In this document: positions 63,190-64,000 of the stretch, in pieces
Layout of the letters: each line of letters starts with the position of its first letter
Position numbering within the stretch: position 1 is the first letter of the stretch
NCBI RefSeq assembly: GCF_020745735.1
Contig: NC_083410.1
Span: 4,314,117 to 4,378,116, forward strand
Direction of reading: 5' to 3'
DNA from: Hemiscyllium ocellatum
Lineage: Eukaryota
DNA: 64,000 nucleotides
Program-made: the position numbers and the translations under genes
The notes under the pieces: model-generated
Told to the model about the DNA's origin: nothing
Seen by the model: the letters and a program-made list of their open reading frames with translations, nothing else
Databases searched by the model: none

Positions 63190-64000
63190 CACCTTTTCCT
63201 CCGCTACTACACTGGCACCACCCCCCACCTTTTCCTCCGCTACATCGATGACTGTATCGGCGCTGCCTCGTGCTCCCACGAGGAGGTTGAACAGTTCATC
63301 AACTTTACTAACACCTTCCATCCCAACCTGAAATTCACCTGGACTGTCTCAGACTCCTCCCTCCCCTTCCTAGACCTTTCCATTTCTATCTCGGGCGACC
63401 GACTCAACACAGACATCTATTATAAACCGACTGACTCCCACAGCTACCTGGACTACACCTCCTCCCACCCTGCCCCCTGTAAAAACGCCATCCCATATTC
63501 CCAATTCCTTCGTCTCCGCCGCATCTGCTCCCAGGAGGACCAATTCCAACACCGCACAGCCCAGATGGCCTCCTTCTTCAAGGACCGCAGACTCCCCCCA
63601 GACGTGATCGACGATGCCCTCCACCGCATCTCCTCCACTTCCCGCTCCTCCGCCCTTGAGCCCCGCTCCTCCAACCGCCACCAAGACAGAACCCCACTGG
63701 TTCTCACCTACCACCCCACCAACCTGCGCATACAACGTATCATCCGCCGCCATTTCCGCCACCTCCAAACGGACCCCACCACCAAGGATATATTTCCCTC
63801 CCCTCCCCTATCAGCGTTCCGCAAGGACCACTCCCTTCGTGACTCCCTTGTCAGATCCACACCCCCCACCAACCCAACCTCCACCCCCGGCACCTTCCCC
63901 TGCAACCGCAGGAAATGTAAAACTTGCGCCCACACCTCCACACTCACTTCCCTCCAAGGCCCCAAGGGATCCTTCCATATCCGCCACAAGTTCACCTGTA
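63190..64000 (+). mobile_element. Young Penelope-like element, 5'-truncated; RT C-terminal half and start of GIY-YIG region (continues past window)
   Basis: 270 uninterrupted codons: LFLRYIDDCIG...LPFLDL...YYKPTDSHSYLDYTSSHP...CNRRKCKTC. High CpG content. Confidence 0.93.

Noticed and set aside
63370-63995. Minus-strand ATG ORFs
   Set aside because: They are antisense shadows of the PLE RT frame on the + strand.

Overview
Eukaryotic, repeat-rich genomic DNA, almost certainly from a shark. The evidence is HE1-type tRNA-derived SINEs, abundant CR1 LINEs and Penelope-like elements (PLEs); the PLE termini suggest a carpet/bamboo-type shark, which is an inference. Most of the window is decayed retroelement sequence, and nearly all ORFs in the supplied track are retroelement fragments or their antisense frames. 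The host content is a cluster of non-rearranging, antigen-receptor-like Ig V-domain exons in which a V region and a J-like G strand (YYC-x-x-W-x-x-x-x-GxG[S/T]xLxV) are fused in one exon, with no RSS and no C1 exons. Gene 1 (1 to ~17.4 kb, +, 5' end outside the window) has four such V exons, a degenerate transmembrane exon and small cytoplasmic exons that splice into a canonical ITAM (DSIYMAL-x7-YSEL); it is a pseudogene with lesions in most exons. Gene 2 (34.2 kb onward, +) has an intact leader exon and two intact VJ exons, and its 3' exons are not in the window. An inverted, dead leader-exon/intron-1 paralog lies at ~22.7-23.6 kb (-). Exon models were read by eye from splice signals and reading phase. 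Repeat boundaries are approximate.
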